Sequence record: MW879340.1
Strand: one strand, 5' to 3'
DNA length: 64,000 nt
The notes beneath the pieces are model-generated. The model saw only the letters and a list, made by a program, of their open reading frames with translations. It was not told where the DNA came from and did no database searches. Each line of letters begins with the position of its first letter. The first letter of the stretch is position 1. Shown here piece after piece: positions 18,583 to 27,847 of the stretch. The position numbers were made by a program, and so were the translations under genes.

Positions 18583-18638
18583 TCGGCATAAAAGAGCCAG
18601 GGTTCCGTCAAGGACCCTGGACTCTTTATTTATGCAGA
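18583..18638 (+). terminator. terminator, CGGCATAAAA..TTTATGC family
   Basis: AGAGCCAGGG..CCCTGGACTCT stem. Confidence 0.7.
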
Positions 18639-18902
18639 GGATCATAACAAACAACCTGTCAATAGCCAGTTAACAGGGTACTACTTGGGCAAGACTTCGC
18701 TCTATATAATACACTGTTAGCTTGTTGTGTTTGTATTAGTTAACACTAATACTACTTACTATAATTAGTGGCGGTATTATTTATATTAAAATATATACTG
18801 TCATAAAAGTCTGTCTCGTTAGCGTTAGCTCGCTAAGAAATCAATAATGACTTCTATACGAATGACTAATAATGTATTCTTTTACTAAGGAACAAAACAA
18901 TC

Positions 18903-19553
18903 ATGATCCACGAATTAGAAAAGATCGTACAGAACTTAGTAGTGGCAATCAGCAGCATGGATGTCAATGAATATCCTCGCGCTACTGTATATCGCCATCA
19001 CATGGATCTGACCATTAATCCGTTAGACAAAATCCATTCGCTGTTTGACTTCGTTGACATGAGCGACAGTGATCTCCGTGACCTGTTCCTCTGTAGTGGT
19101 GCTGAAGTCGTCACTTTAAATGAATCCATGACCGGGTTGCGTATTAACGACTACAACGGTAAAGGTAGTCCGGTGTACTGGATCAACGTGGATACCAAAC
19201 TGCGTGATCAAGCCATGAACGATCAGTACAACTCGGTGAATAACTTCATGGAGAACATCGCCGTGGAAGAACGTGCCGAGCAATGCGTCGTCATGGGGGA
19301 TTGTGGTAACCTGATCAATTGGCGTTCTGTGCAACGCCATATCGTGAACAATCCACGTGATCTGGTGCTGGGTTGTTTGAATCACCCTAATCGCTTCTTC
19401 ACGCCGTCTCCAACGCTCTATGTGCGCATGAAAGATGCAAAGGAGACCGAAGTACTTCCGTCCCTCGACTACCTCGCACAGAGCGATGTGCAGAGCGAGG
19501 AGCCAGTTTGGTTTACCGTTGGTAAAACTGTACGTAACACCATAGTTCTATAA
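18903..19553 (+). CDS. hypothetical protein
   Basis: AAGGAA RBS after an AT-rich intergenic region. Confidence 0.8.
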   Translation: MIHELEKIVQNLVVAISSMDVNEYPRATVYRHHMDLTINPLDKIHSLFDFVDMSDSDLRDLFLCSGAEVVTLNESMTGLRINDYNGKGSPVYWINVDTKLRDQAMNDQYNSVNNFMENIAVEERAEQCVVMGDCGNLINWRSVQRHIVNNPRDLVLGCLNHPNRFFTPSPTLYVRMKDAKETEVLPSLDYLAQSDVQSEEPVWFTVGKTVRNTIVL

Positions 19554-19562
19554 GAGGCGAGT

Positions 19563-20078
19563 ATGTCTGATTTCAATAAACCATACATCGACATTCCGTG
19601 CAGTTCCGCGATGCCGTATCCAATGACTGCCAGCGGCTGCGTAATGCCGTTGGATCCACGGGATATGATGGCGCCGGAACCTATTTACGAAACCCGCATT
19701 GCTAAGAAGGAAGAGCCTGTGTCAGTTCCTCACGACAACATGGTCGAGACCATGAAGCTGCTGGACTACGATCCTAATAAGCCTCTGATTGATGCTGACC
19801 TGCACAGTCAAGAACAGCAGCTGGTGCAACAGTTGAATATCCGTGCCGATGCACGCTTGGCGCTTTTCATGAATGCCTGCCGTGAACTGCGTGAGTCAGA
19901 CCCCATGCAGCTGCCTTCCGCAGTAGCCAAATTTGTCGATGATGTTATCGATACCCATTTTGACGGTCGGCCTCCGATCGACACTACCACCCGTCACAGT
20001 TTCACCATGAAGCTTGTGATGAAAGCAGCAATCATGCACGTGATCCTTAGCCAAGATCCCGGGCGTTCAGGTTTATAA
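19563..20078 (+). CDS. hypothetical protein
   Basis: GAGG RBS. Confidence 0.8.
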   Translation: MSDFNKPYIDIPCSSAMPYPMTASGCVMPLDPRDMMAPEPIYETRIAKKEEPVSVPHDNMVETMKLLDYDPNKPLIDADLHSQEQQLVQQLNIRADARLALFMNACRELRESDPMQLPSAVAKFVDDVIDTHFDGRPPIDTTTRHSFTMKLVMKAAIMHVILSQDPGRSGL

Positions 20079-20102
20079 GTTCCATCTAAAAAGGATAGCA
20101 CT

Positions 20103-20897
20103 ATGTTTCTCAACAAGCACGCTAAGGTACTGCATGTCGTGCGGTTCCGTAAGGGTCCGGTCATTTACATGACAACCACCGATGACCCTGAGACCTCAGC
20201 TCTGGTTATCAATGAAGAACTGCGTTGCAAGATCTTCAATAACAAAGAGTTCCAATTGGCGTATGAATTAGCCAAAACGGAAATGGGGTTACTGGACCCA
20301 GATCCTAACGACGTGATCTTCCACCAGTTCATTACCAATGACGGCTCCTCAGGCTACCTGACGGGGCATTGGTTGATCCGTGATTACCTGGCACGCAATA
20401 CCGGGTTAGACGTGATTGCCAATATCGGTGACTGGTTAGATGCCGAAGGGTTTATCGACATCACCCCGCCAGACCAGGACAAACACAAGTTCCTCCGGGT
20501 GACCGACATCGGTAAGTACTACGCGGCAGAAGGTTACTTTGAGGTTGGGGTGTATCCACTGTATATCCTGGCTGAAGAGAACAACCAAATCCAGGCCAGC
20601 GGTCTGCTTGAGAACCATCGTGATGAACAACCTAAACGTGGCGGGTACGATCGCGCTATTGTTTACGGCGGTAATCCATCGCCAGTGCTGTTGGACTACA
20701 ACGATGTCAGCATTGACCTGACCGCAGACGAAGAACAGGTTATTAACAACAAACCTATTTCTGCTAACGGTCGTCTGTACAGCAACATCAATCAGTTTGC
20801 CCACGCCCGTAACCTACCGACCTGGTTCGTGCTTCAGCAGATCAATGTCACCTCAGAGAAGCGTTACAACTACTCTCAGGACTGGCATTTCGTGTAA
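20103..20897 (+). CDS. degenerate GIY-YIG homing-endonuclease-like protein with C-terminal NUMOD/HTH-like domain
   Basis: VIYMTTT...N.EFQLAY pattern; C-terminal PISANGRLYSNI..FA...N..W; catalytic signature not intact. Confidence 0.5.
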   Translation: MFLNKHAKVLHVVRFRKGPVIYMTTTDDPETSALVINEELRCKIFNNKEFQLAYELAKTEMGLLDPDPNDVIFHQFITNDGSSGYLTGHWLIRDYLARNTGLDVIANIGDWLDAEGFIDITPPDQDKHKFLRVTDIGKYYAAEGYFEVGVYPLYILAEENNQIQASGLLENHRDEQPKRGGYDRAIVYGGNPSPVLLDYNDVSIDLTADEEQVINNKPISANGRLYSNINQFAHARNLPTWFVLQQINVTSEKRYNYSQDWHFV

Positions 20898-20905
20898 CAG
20901 AAAGT

Positions 20906-20933
20906 GGGCTGCTTCGGTAGCCCTTTTCTTTTT
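20906..20933 (+). terminator. intrinsic terminator, UUCG loop
   Basis: GGGCTGC-TTCG-GTAGCCC followed by a T-rich tail. Confidence 0.8.
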
Positions 20934-20938
20934 GTCTT

Positions 20939-20948
20939 CATCCTATGT
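20939..20948 (+). promoter_or_regulatory. putative late promoter CATCCTATGT
   Basis: TATGT core between terminator and RBS; similar AATCCTATGT at 24570. Confidence 0.4.
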
Positions 20949-20979
20949 AACCACCACTTTGTAATTAAGAGGATTACAT

Positions 20980-21798
20980 ATGGGCAAGCAACAAAATAAA
21001 CGCAACAAGGAGACATCCGTGTCTGACGTAGAAAAGAAAGAAGAACAGCTGAACTCTGAAGAAACCATCGAAGAGACCTCTGGTGAGCAGCAGCTGCCTG
21101 AAGGTACCGAAGGTGATAACACTGACGGTGGTGAAGAAGGCGCTGAAGGTGAAGAAGGGTCTTCTGGTGAAGAACCGCCGGCTTCTGGGTCTGAAGATGA
21201 ATCAGGTGTTGACGGCAGTGGGTCCGACGAAGGTGAAACTAACGCTGGCGATAGCGATGTGGTTGCTGCTGCTGAACCAGCTGAACCTGCTGTGGTTCAG
21301 CCTCTCACAACCTTAGCGCAGCTTGCTGAAGCCTCAGCACCTGTTGCACCGGCCAGCACCGTGCGTTCCGATAAAGCCGATGCCATCATTGGTTATATCC
21401 GTGAATACGTGGTGGCAATGGATCCGTCTAAGTACCAGGATGCGAAGTCTGGTGTGCCGCGTCAGAAACGTCTGTACACCATGCTGGGTGAATTGGCTAA
21501 GCTTGAGTTCCTCGACTTTAAAATCGGGATGGATAACCTGCTGAAGCTGATCTTCGAATACCGCCATGCAGCATTCAGCGAACTGTACATCCGTCGCTTC
21601 TTCGAAAACCTGTACCCGTCGCTAACCCATGAGCAGGTACGTGAGTTCGATGATCTGCTGTCTATCCTGGTTACCGTGGGTTCTGCAACCAACCGTAGCC
21701 GTGCGATGACTCAGGTTGATCTCGGTGCTGCACTGAAATCAATCAAGAACCCTAAAGCACAGCAGAACATGTCTGCGTACTTTAGCGCGCTGCGTTAA
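20980..21798 (+). CDS. protein with acidic low-complexity N-terminus and helical C-terminal domain
   Basis: GAGGA RBS; E/G/S-rich first ~100 aa. Confidence 0.85.
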   Translation: MGKQQNKRNKETSVSDVEKKEEQLNSEETIEETSGEQQLPEGTEGDNTDGGEEGAEGEEGSSGEEPPASGSEDESGVDGSGSDEGETNAGDSDVVAAAEPAEPAVVQPLTTLAQLAEASAPVAPASTVRSDKADAIIGYIREYVVAMDPSKYQDAKSGVPRQKRLYTMLGELAKLEFLDFKIGMDNLLKLIFEYRHAAFSELYIRRFFENLYPSLTHEQVREFDDLLSILVTVGSATNRSRAMTQVDLGAALKSIKNPKAQQNMSAYFSALR

Positions 21799-21800
21799 TC

Positions 21801-21864
21801 GTCATAAAGGAGCTCTTGTTCCCTTCGGGGAACAAGGCTCTCTTTTTATGCCGCTCTTTTTTTT
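21801..21864. terminator. bidirectional terminator, TTATGCCG family
   Basis: CTTGTTCCC-TTCG-GGGAACAAG; convergent junction. Confidence 0.8.
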
Positions 21865-22713
21865 TTACCTGGGGGTAACGTCTCGTGTATTGGTGTTGGG
21901 GAATAGACGACCCTCACCCCAAATGATCCTGATCACACCCCGACCACCACCTCCCGCTCCGTACTTGGTATCGACGTAGCCATTGGAATCATCGGCACGT
22001 GAGCCTTGACGACCATATGCAGAATATATGCTGCTAGACGCCGCACCAGGAACACCCATTCCATATGGTAACGTACCGCCACCGGCTCGCCCTACTTTAT
22101 CAGCACCACCACTGCTACCGCTTCCGTTATTACCAACGGCACCGTTGGTGTAGTCAGCTCTACCTGCCGGCGCGGTGGCATTGTATCCAGCTGCCGCCCC
22201 TGCACCGCCCGCGCCACTGCCAGCCACACCAGAAGCACCCGCACCACCAATGCCGCCGCCGTCGTTTATTTCATCAGCGCTCTTACCGCCTAGACCACCC
22301 GTGCCACCAGGGCCACTTGAACCAGTAGAGCGACCGCCTTGCCCGCCTTTAGCAATACATAGGTAGCTGTCTTCGCGTAGAAGATATGTGTCACCACCTG
22401 CGCCAGCGATACTGCTTGCTGACGATACATTGCTCCCAGCCGCACCGACCACTAATGTCAACGTTTCACCCGGTGTAACACGGATGTTATTGCGCCAGGA
22501 TAACCCTCCACCACCGCCTCCTCCGCCATACCAGTATAGGCCACTGCCGTTTGAACCGCCGAACGTAGCCATACCACCACCTCCCGCGATAACAACAGCA
22601 CAGATTGATGTTACCCCGTCAGGCACGACCCATTCACTGGTGCCCAACGTATCGACCATAACTTGACCTTTACGCGATACAGGGCCTCCGCCCGCTAGTA
22701 TAAATTCAAACAT
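21865..22713 (-). CDS. glycine-rich putative virion accessory protein, MFEFILAGG N-terminus
   Basis: CAT at 22711-22713 and TTA at 21865-21867 show it is on the minus strand (track label says +); W.VP.GVTSI..V.IAGGGG Gly-rich domain pattern. Confidence 0.75.
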   Translation of the reverse strand: MFEFILAGGGPVSRKGQVMVDTLGTSEWVVPDGVTSICAVVIAGGGGMATFGGSNGSGLYWYGGGGGGGGLSWRNNIRVTPGETLTLVVGAAGSNVSSASSIAGAGGDTYLLREDSYLCIAKGGQGGRSTGSSGPGGTGGLGGKSADEINDGGGIGGAGASGVAGSGAGGAGAAAGYNATAPAGRADYTNGAVGNNGSGSSGGADKVGRAGGGTLPYGMGVPGAASSSIYSAYGRQGSRADDSNGYVDTKYGAGGGGRGVIRIIWGEGRLFPNTNTRDVTPR

Positions 22714-22769
22714 AAATTATCCTTAGGATATTTTCCCCGCCTGTGCGGGCCTTGGTAACATAGCATCGG

Positions 22770-22820
22770 TCGGCATAAAGCCCTCTGGCTCCTCCACCGA
22801 AGTAGAGAAGACCAGAGGTG
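22770..22820 (-). terminator. terminator of the DNA polymerase gene with TTTATGCCG tail, followed by a GATGCTATGT late-promoter-like site (22758-22767)
   Basis: Minus strand CCTCTGG..TTCG..CCAGAGG-GCTTTATGCCG. Confidence 0.65.
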
Positions 22821-22829
22821 AAACCAACT

Positions 22830-24560
22830 TTATGCTGCATCAAGGTAGGTGAAGGACAGGTTGTTCTCTTCTGCGTACGAACGAGCCAGTGTTGCCAGAT
22901 CTGGTGCCTGGTAAACCATACGAGCAATCTCACCCGCATTGTTATACCCGCCCGATGCCAGGTTAACTGCAACCTGACGGTACTGTGTATCATCCAGTCC
23001 TTCGATCTTGGTCATCTCAATCCACGTGGTTTGTTTACCCACGTTCATGATAACCGTACCGGATGGGTATGCCCCTTCTACGTCGATGTCATTCGTACCT
23101 GTACGGACGTATGACGGTAGGTTAGGCAGCTCTTTAAACATCGGCTTACCGTTGACCGCCACAAGCTCTGTTGGGAGCATGACAATCCAACCACCCAATG
23201 ACTGCAAGTTGTCATCAAGGTCGGTACGCATCTGGTCAGACGTAGTGCCCCAGACGTAGCCGTTGTCCATAACGTCGTAGTGCATCGCTTCGGCAATACG
23301 CGTTGGCTGAGAAGTGAAGTTACGGTATTCGGATACACCACAGAACGCAGGTACCGCCGCCGCCAAGTCATTGGTCTTCTCATCCATCATTTCAACCACA
23401 ATGCAGTCGAATAAGTTATACACCACATATTCGTACTTGTACTGGGTCTGCATGAATTCGTGCAGGTCCAAACCGTAATAGCCTTCCGCCTCTTTGAACG
23501 CCAGCTTACCAATACCGTCCAGCACTTTACTGGCGATGTAGTCAAGCTTGTAGTTCAGCTCTTTCCCTTTAGCGGTACGCAGGTAATAATACGCACACAT
23601 GGAGTCGGCCCAACGGAACGAAGCCGGAGCATTTACATACGGCCACTTTTCGTAGTTAGCCAATGGACGCTTAGTTTCTTTAATCCCGTCGTTCTTAACC
23701 TGATGCGTTTTACCCTGGAAGTATTTCACGTTACGGTATTCTTTCGGTACCGATGGATCGCAATACACATCCGCTGGGTTAATGCCCGCCATTTCTAAAC
23801 AGTTGGTGATAACCTGATAGTCAAAGTCCAAGCTGTTCCAGCCGGTAACAAAGTCGGGTTTCCATTCGTGGGCTTTGGCAAACAGTTTAACAAACCCATC
23901 AGCAGGATGATCAACGAGTTCGTATTCCATGGTGAGGTTACGTTCTTTGATGACTTCACCAATGTGTTTATGCGCACATTCGTGAAGCTTACGAATAATC
24001 GTAGCATCATCTTCACCCGGGAAGAACCGACGAACAACGAAAGTGTAAGAACGATTTTTAAATGATAATGACGCCATTAAAGGCTGGTTCTTATACTCTT
24101 CATTTACTACGTCGGTTTCGATATCGATTACGCTGACTTGATAAGGTGTCATGCCAACGTCAGGGAATCTACGATCGTACATTCCTTTGACTACGGACGC
24201 TGGACTAATATCAGCGCCGTACACGTAAGGACTGCGACAGATTTGTTTCAGCGGTAATGATGAGGCACCTTTACCTAATGAACGGCTGATGTGGTTGCCC
24301 AGGTTCCAGTACGGTGTAGTAAACTTCTGAAGCTTCTTGATCTCTTCGTAGTCTTTCTTATCCTGGTGATCACGAAATGCTTCACGGGTCAAGTAATAGT
24401 CGTACGGCATGTCTTTGATCATGCGCGTGTTTGGTGTGCGAGAACCATCAGGATGATGGATGACTTCCTTGACAAAAACAATATCTGATTTACCCGTATA
24501 GCTTGGACTATACACGGCAAACTTACATTCGAACTTTAACTGTTCAGCGTTATCGCTCAT
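22830..24560 (-). CDS. family-B DNA polymerase, exonuclease + motif A subunit (split polymerase)
   Basis: ExoI DIETD, ExoII GWNS.DFD, ExoIII YN.FD, motif A D....YPS; no motif B or C in this ORF. Confidence 0.85.
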   Translation of the reverse strand: MSDNAEQLKFECKFAVYSPSYTGKSDIVFVKEVIHHPDGSRTPNTRMIKDMPYDYYLTREAFRDHQDKKDYEEIKKLQKFTTPYWNLGNHISRSLGKGASSLPLKQICRSPYVYGADISPASVVKGMYDRRFPDVGMTPYQVSVIDIETDVVNEEYKNQPLMASLSFKNRSYTFVVRRFFPGEDDATIIRKLHECAHKHIGEVIKERNLTMEYELVDHPADGFVKLFAKAHEWKPDFVTGWNSLDFDYQVITNCLEMAGINPADVYCDPSVPKEYRNVKYFQGKTHQVKNDGIKETKRPLANYEKWPYVNAPASFRWADSMCAYYYLRTAKGKELNYKLDYIASKVLDGIGKLAFKEAEGYYGLDLHEFMQTQYKYEYVVYNLFDCIVVEMMDEKTNDLAAAVPAFCGVSEYRNFTSQPTRIAEAMHYDVMDNGYVWGTTSDQMRTDLDDNLQSLGGWIVMLPTELVAVNGKPMFKELPNLPSYVRTGTNDIDVEGAYPSGTVIMNVGKQTTWIEMTKIEGLDDTQYRQVAVNLASGGYNNAGEIARMVYQAPDLATLARSYAEENNLSFTYLDAA

Positions 24561-24569
24561 GAGATTTCT

Positions 24570-24579
24570 AATCCTATGT
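24570..24579 (+). promoter_or_regulatory. putative late promoter AATCCTATGT
   Basis: Upstream of the head-protein operon in a divergent gap. Confidence 0.4.
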
Positions 24580-24658
24580 CAACAAGGGCAAGCGGTAGTC
24601 CCTTTAAGAAGGCTATAACATCAGCGCGCTCATTTATCTTTTTACAAAGGAGTTCATC

Positions 24659-25912
24659 ATGCTGCTTGGCAGTGGTTTAGAAGTCATTGCTTTTCAACGT
24701 ACCCGACCCGTTTTCAAACTGCTCACTGCCGAGATCCAATCAATGATGGATAAGATGGTTGAGGATAAAGTCACACGCTTTACCGACGCCATGCTGAATG
24801 AATCAAAGATCCCGACGATTATGCAGGTTGCCAGTGGGTTCGACAAGATCACCATGGTGGCGGACCAGAGTGCGCCAATCAACGCATACACTCACTGTAT
24901 TACGTTGACGAAGAACCATGTATTCAACAACAAGATGCAGCGTATGTTCCTCGGCACGGCAGACGCCTATAATCTGTTCCGTCAGGCAAACAACGTACTG
25001 ACCGGTCAGATCGATCTTGAGTCAGGCAAAGTTTCCGGTGACTTCAGTAAGATCCCGATCACCATCGGTTTGGGTTGTGAATTCATGAACCCTAAGTGGG
25101 GTTTCACCGCTGAAGAGATTGCAGCAATCCTGCTGCACGAACTGGGCCACGATTTCACGTACTGTTATGCGTTGCATTATACCTGCACCACTAACCTGGT
25201 ACTGGCTGCTGCGGCTAATGCGATCATGGCGGCTGGCGACACCAAACAGAAGCACGCGATCATGACCGACGTTGAGAACTCCCTCGGCATCAAGATTGAT
25301 AACCAGGCTGAGCTGACCCAGTACGACAAGTACGAAAACTACTACATCACCATGCTGGGTAAATACCGCGAGAAGATTTATGATGCATTAGGTTCTGCAT
25401 CATACAACACCAACATGTCTGAGCAGATGGCAGATATGTACGCGGCCCGTCACGGCGGTGGCTTGGCAATCGTCAGTGGCCTGAACCGCATGCATAAACT
25501 GTTTAACCCGCCGAAGTGGGCGCGCGTTATCCAGAACATGCAGAGCCTGTTTGCGTTCGTGATGCTGTTCCCTTTAACGGTACCGCTGTTCATTGTTGGT
25601 GCAATGGTCAACGACTTTGTTGCCGGCACGTACGATCTGGACAAAGACCGTTTCATTCGTGTGCGTAACGAATCCGTTGCGGCACTGAAAGATCCCGAGC
25701 TGACTTCCGATGAGAAGAAGCTCATTGTTGGTGAGATTGAGAAGCTGAACGAAATCATTGCGGCTACGGATAACGCCTGGTCGTACTGTGAGAAGTTCGC
25801 TGTCTTGGTTCGCTCCAGCCAACGTAACCAAATGCGCCAGAAGCGTCTGCAACAAGACCTGGAAGCATTAACCAATAACCCACTGTATATTGCCGCCGCA
25901 AAATACGCTTAG
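24659..25912 (+). CDS. virion head protein with zinc-metallopeptidase motif (M48-like)
   Basis: H160-E-L-G-H164, E255-Q-M-A-D259, hydrophobic helix; N-terminal GLE site. Confidence 0.7.
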   Translation: MLLGSGLEVIAFQRTRPVFKLLTAEIQSMMDKMVEDKVTRFTDAMLNESKIPTIMQVASGFDKITMVADQSAPINAYTHCITLTKNHVFNNKMQRMFLGTADAYNLFRQANNVLTGQIDLESGKVSGDFSKIPITIGLGCEFMNPKWGFTAEEIAAILLHELGHDFTYCYALHYTCTTNLVLAAAANAIMAAGDTKQKHAIMTDVENSLGIKIDNQAELTQYDKYENYYITMLGKYREKIYDALGSASYNTNMSEQMADMYAARHGGGLAIVSGLNRMHKLFNPPKWARVIQNMQSLFAFVMLFPLTVPLFIVGAMVNDFVAGTYDLDKDRFIRVRNESVAALKDPELTSDEKKLIVGEIEKLNEIIAATDNAWSYCEKFAVLVRSSQRNQMRQKRLQQDLEALTNNPLYIAAAKYA

Positions 25913-25927
25913 TAAAGGAATGTAATA

Positions 25928-26422
25928 ATGGTCTTAATGAATCCGAACGATGTAAAGAACAACGTCATCGCCACTCGCGCCATGTCTGAGATTCCGGCTA
26001 CGCTGCGTGAAGAGCTGGTTGTCTTTGGTCTGGCCCGCCTGATTGCGTACGGCACAGTGATCCCGTCTAACCCGGTAGAGAACCCGGTGGCTTTCTTTGC
26101 TGAAAACAGCAAGACGGCAAAAGGGGTGATTGCGGTGGTTAACGAAAGTACCGTGGTCAATGTGTCTAAAGTGGTCGAGATGGCTGCAACAATCTACCGT
26201 GGTCGTTATGACATGGTTCACTCCCCGCTGACCAAAGACGCACAGCAGCTGGCCATGCAGTCGCTGATTGCAGCAAGCCAGTACAACTTCCCGCAGGCTA
26301 TTGCTGACACACTGTCACTGAGCGAAGACTCTACTGACCTGGCTCGTTCTGTTGCATATGCACTGAACATGTTCGCCGTGTCCACTACGCCGTCTGAAGA
26401 AGCTGCCGCCGAAGCTGAATAA
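25928..26422 (+). CDS. putative virion structural protein
   Basis: AAGGAA RBS; lies in the structural operon. Confidence 0.7.
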   Translation: MVLMNPNDVKNNVIATRAMSEIPATLREELVVFGLARLIAYGTVIPSNPVENPVAFFAENSKTAKGVIAVVNESTVVNVSKVVEMAATIYRGRYDMVHSPLTKDAQQLAMQSLIAASQYNFPQAIADTLSLSEDSTDLARSVAYALNMFAVSTTPSEEAAAEAE

Positions 26423-26431
26423 GGAGCGATC

Positions 26432-27838
26432 ATGTCTTTAGAAATGATTACCACGTACATGCAGCCTAACGGTGCCGTGCCGAAGTCTGCGTTTACCGTG
26501 GTGAAGAAACCCAATGACGACATTGAGATCGTCACGGAGTCTCAGGACAAAGCGATCAACGCCTCGCTGGAGCACATCGGTAACCTGATCAATCTGCACA
26601 ACCGCATCGCCAGTGAAGGGATGTCTCGTGCTGCGGTGGCGGAGTTAAAAGAAATTGCTCCGTCAGCTGTTCCGGGTGGTTATGGTCTGGAAGCGTTCAC
26701 CGAACTCCCAACCGACGTCATGTTGGATGAAGGTCTGGAAGGGATTGTTGGTCAGACGTTGGCCGCATTGCAGAAGCTGATTAAGTTCCTCATTGAGAAA
26801 CTGAAGGCAGGCTTCAATGTGCTGATGGATTCGTACAAAGTGTTAACCGGTATTTCACCTTCCGCGTATAAGCTGTCTAAGCAGAAGGCGTACACCGAAG
26901 CGATCACGAAGAACTGGCGCACAATCATGGGTAGCGATCTGGACACCGTGGTGCTGGAAGCGTTGCAGAAAGACGGCAACAATGAACTCGGCGCTCAGTT
27001 GATCCTCGATGGCTTCTGGAACGACGCAAACGGTATCTGCGATAACCTGGGTACCTTTGAACCTCTGGTGTCACAGCTGCAACGTGCGGTTGAGGACATG
27101 ATTCTGGAATCGTCTAACAACCAGGCCACCTATAACCGCGTATGGGAAAGTCTCCAGCGCGGTAAGCCTACTGAAGACGAATACCGTGACGCGGCGCTGA
27201 AGATCTCTAACCTGATCGATACACCGCACTTCCAACGCATCAGTAAACTGATCGAGCAGTTCTCGAAGAAAGTCCTGGAATCCAAACTGTACAAACCTGA
27301 TGACAAAACGGGTAAAGCCATTGTCGATCGCCTGCGCAGTGACAAGTTCCGTGATGTACTGATCGGTCTGCAAGATGCTTGTCGTGTCAGTAAGCCACTG
27401 TGCCTGAAGCCGGCTGAAGCGTTTGCTGTTGCTAAGCAGCAGGACTTCGATGCCATGGTTGATCAGCTGAAGCTGTTTGATCCGGTTGAACCGAAGACTG
27501 CGCGTGAACTGAAGCAACAGCTTGATGCGCTGCGTGTGTACGATCGTTACGTCAGCATTGACATGTCTGATGAGAAAGGGTTCGAAGTAATGTCTACCGA
27601 ATTCCTCTCCCAGCAGAACGACGTGAAAGCGGTTGTGGATGTGGTGCGTGATATCACGGCGAACTACGCAGAGACTGTCTTCAAGATCGCGGCCTTCCGT
27701 GATAAAGTGCGTATGCTGAAAGTGCCTCGCATGGTAGCAACTACGCCGGATGAATTGGCGATGGAAGCTAACGAAGAACGTATGGATAAAATCCGTGCAG
27801 CGGTTAAACAGTGGATCACTAACGCCACTAAAGTCTAA
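26432..27838 (+). CDS. putative internal head protein
   Basis: ASLE, GLEA, GLEG protease-type sites in the N-terminal ~105 aa. Confidence 0.7.
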   Translation: MSLEMITTYMQPNGAVPKSAFTVVKKPNDDIEIVTESQDKAINASLEHIGNLINLHNRIASEGMSRAAVAELKEIAPSAVPGGYGLEAFTELPTDVMLDEGLEGIVGQTLAALQKLIKFLIEKLKAGFNVLMDSYKVLTGISPSAYKLSKQKAYTEAITKNWRTIMGSDLDTVVLEALQKDGNNELGAQLILDGFWNDANGICDNLGTFEPLVSQLQRAVEDMILESSNNQATYNRVWESLQRGKPTEDEYRDAALKISNLIDTPHFQRISKLIEQFSKKVLESKLYKPDDKTGKAIVDRLRSDKFRDVLIGLQDACRVSKPLCLKPAEAFAVAKQQDFDAMVDQLKLFDPVEPKTARELKQQLDALRVYDRYVSIDMSDEKGFEVMSTEFLSQQNDVKAVVDVVRDITANYAETVFKIAAFRDKVRMLKVPRMVATTPDELAMEANEERMDKIRAAVKQWITNATKV

Positions 27839-27847
27839 GGAGTCTCC

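Noticed and set aside
21857-21866. T10 tract (also T runs at about 9303-9312 and 58306-58314) as a contingency locus
   Set aside because: All lie at or after stop codons as terminator tails, not within coding frames.
21865-22713. Plus-strand assignment of the Gly-rich ORF in the track
   Set aside because: The start (CAT 22711-22713) and stop (TTA 21865-21867) show it is on the minus strand.
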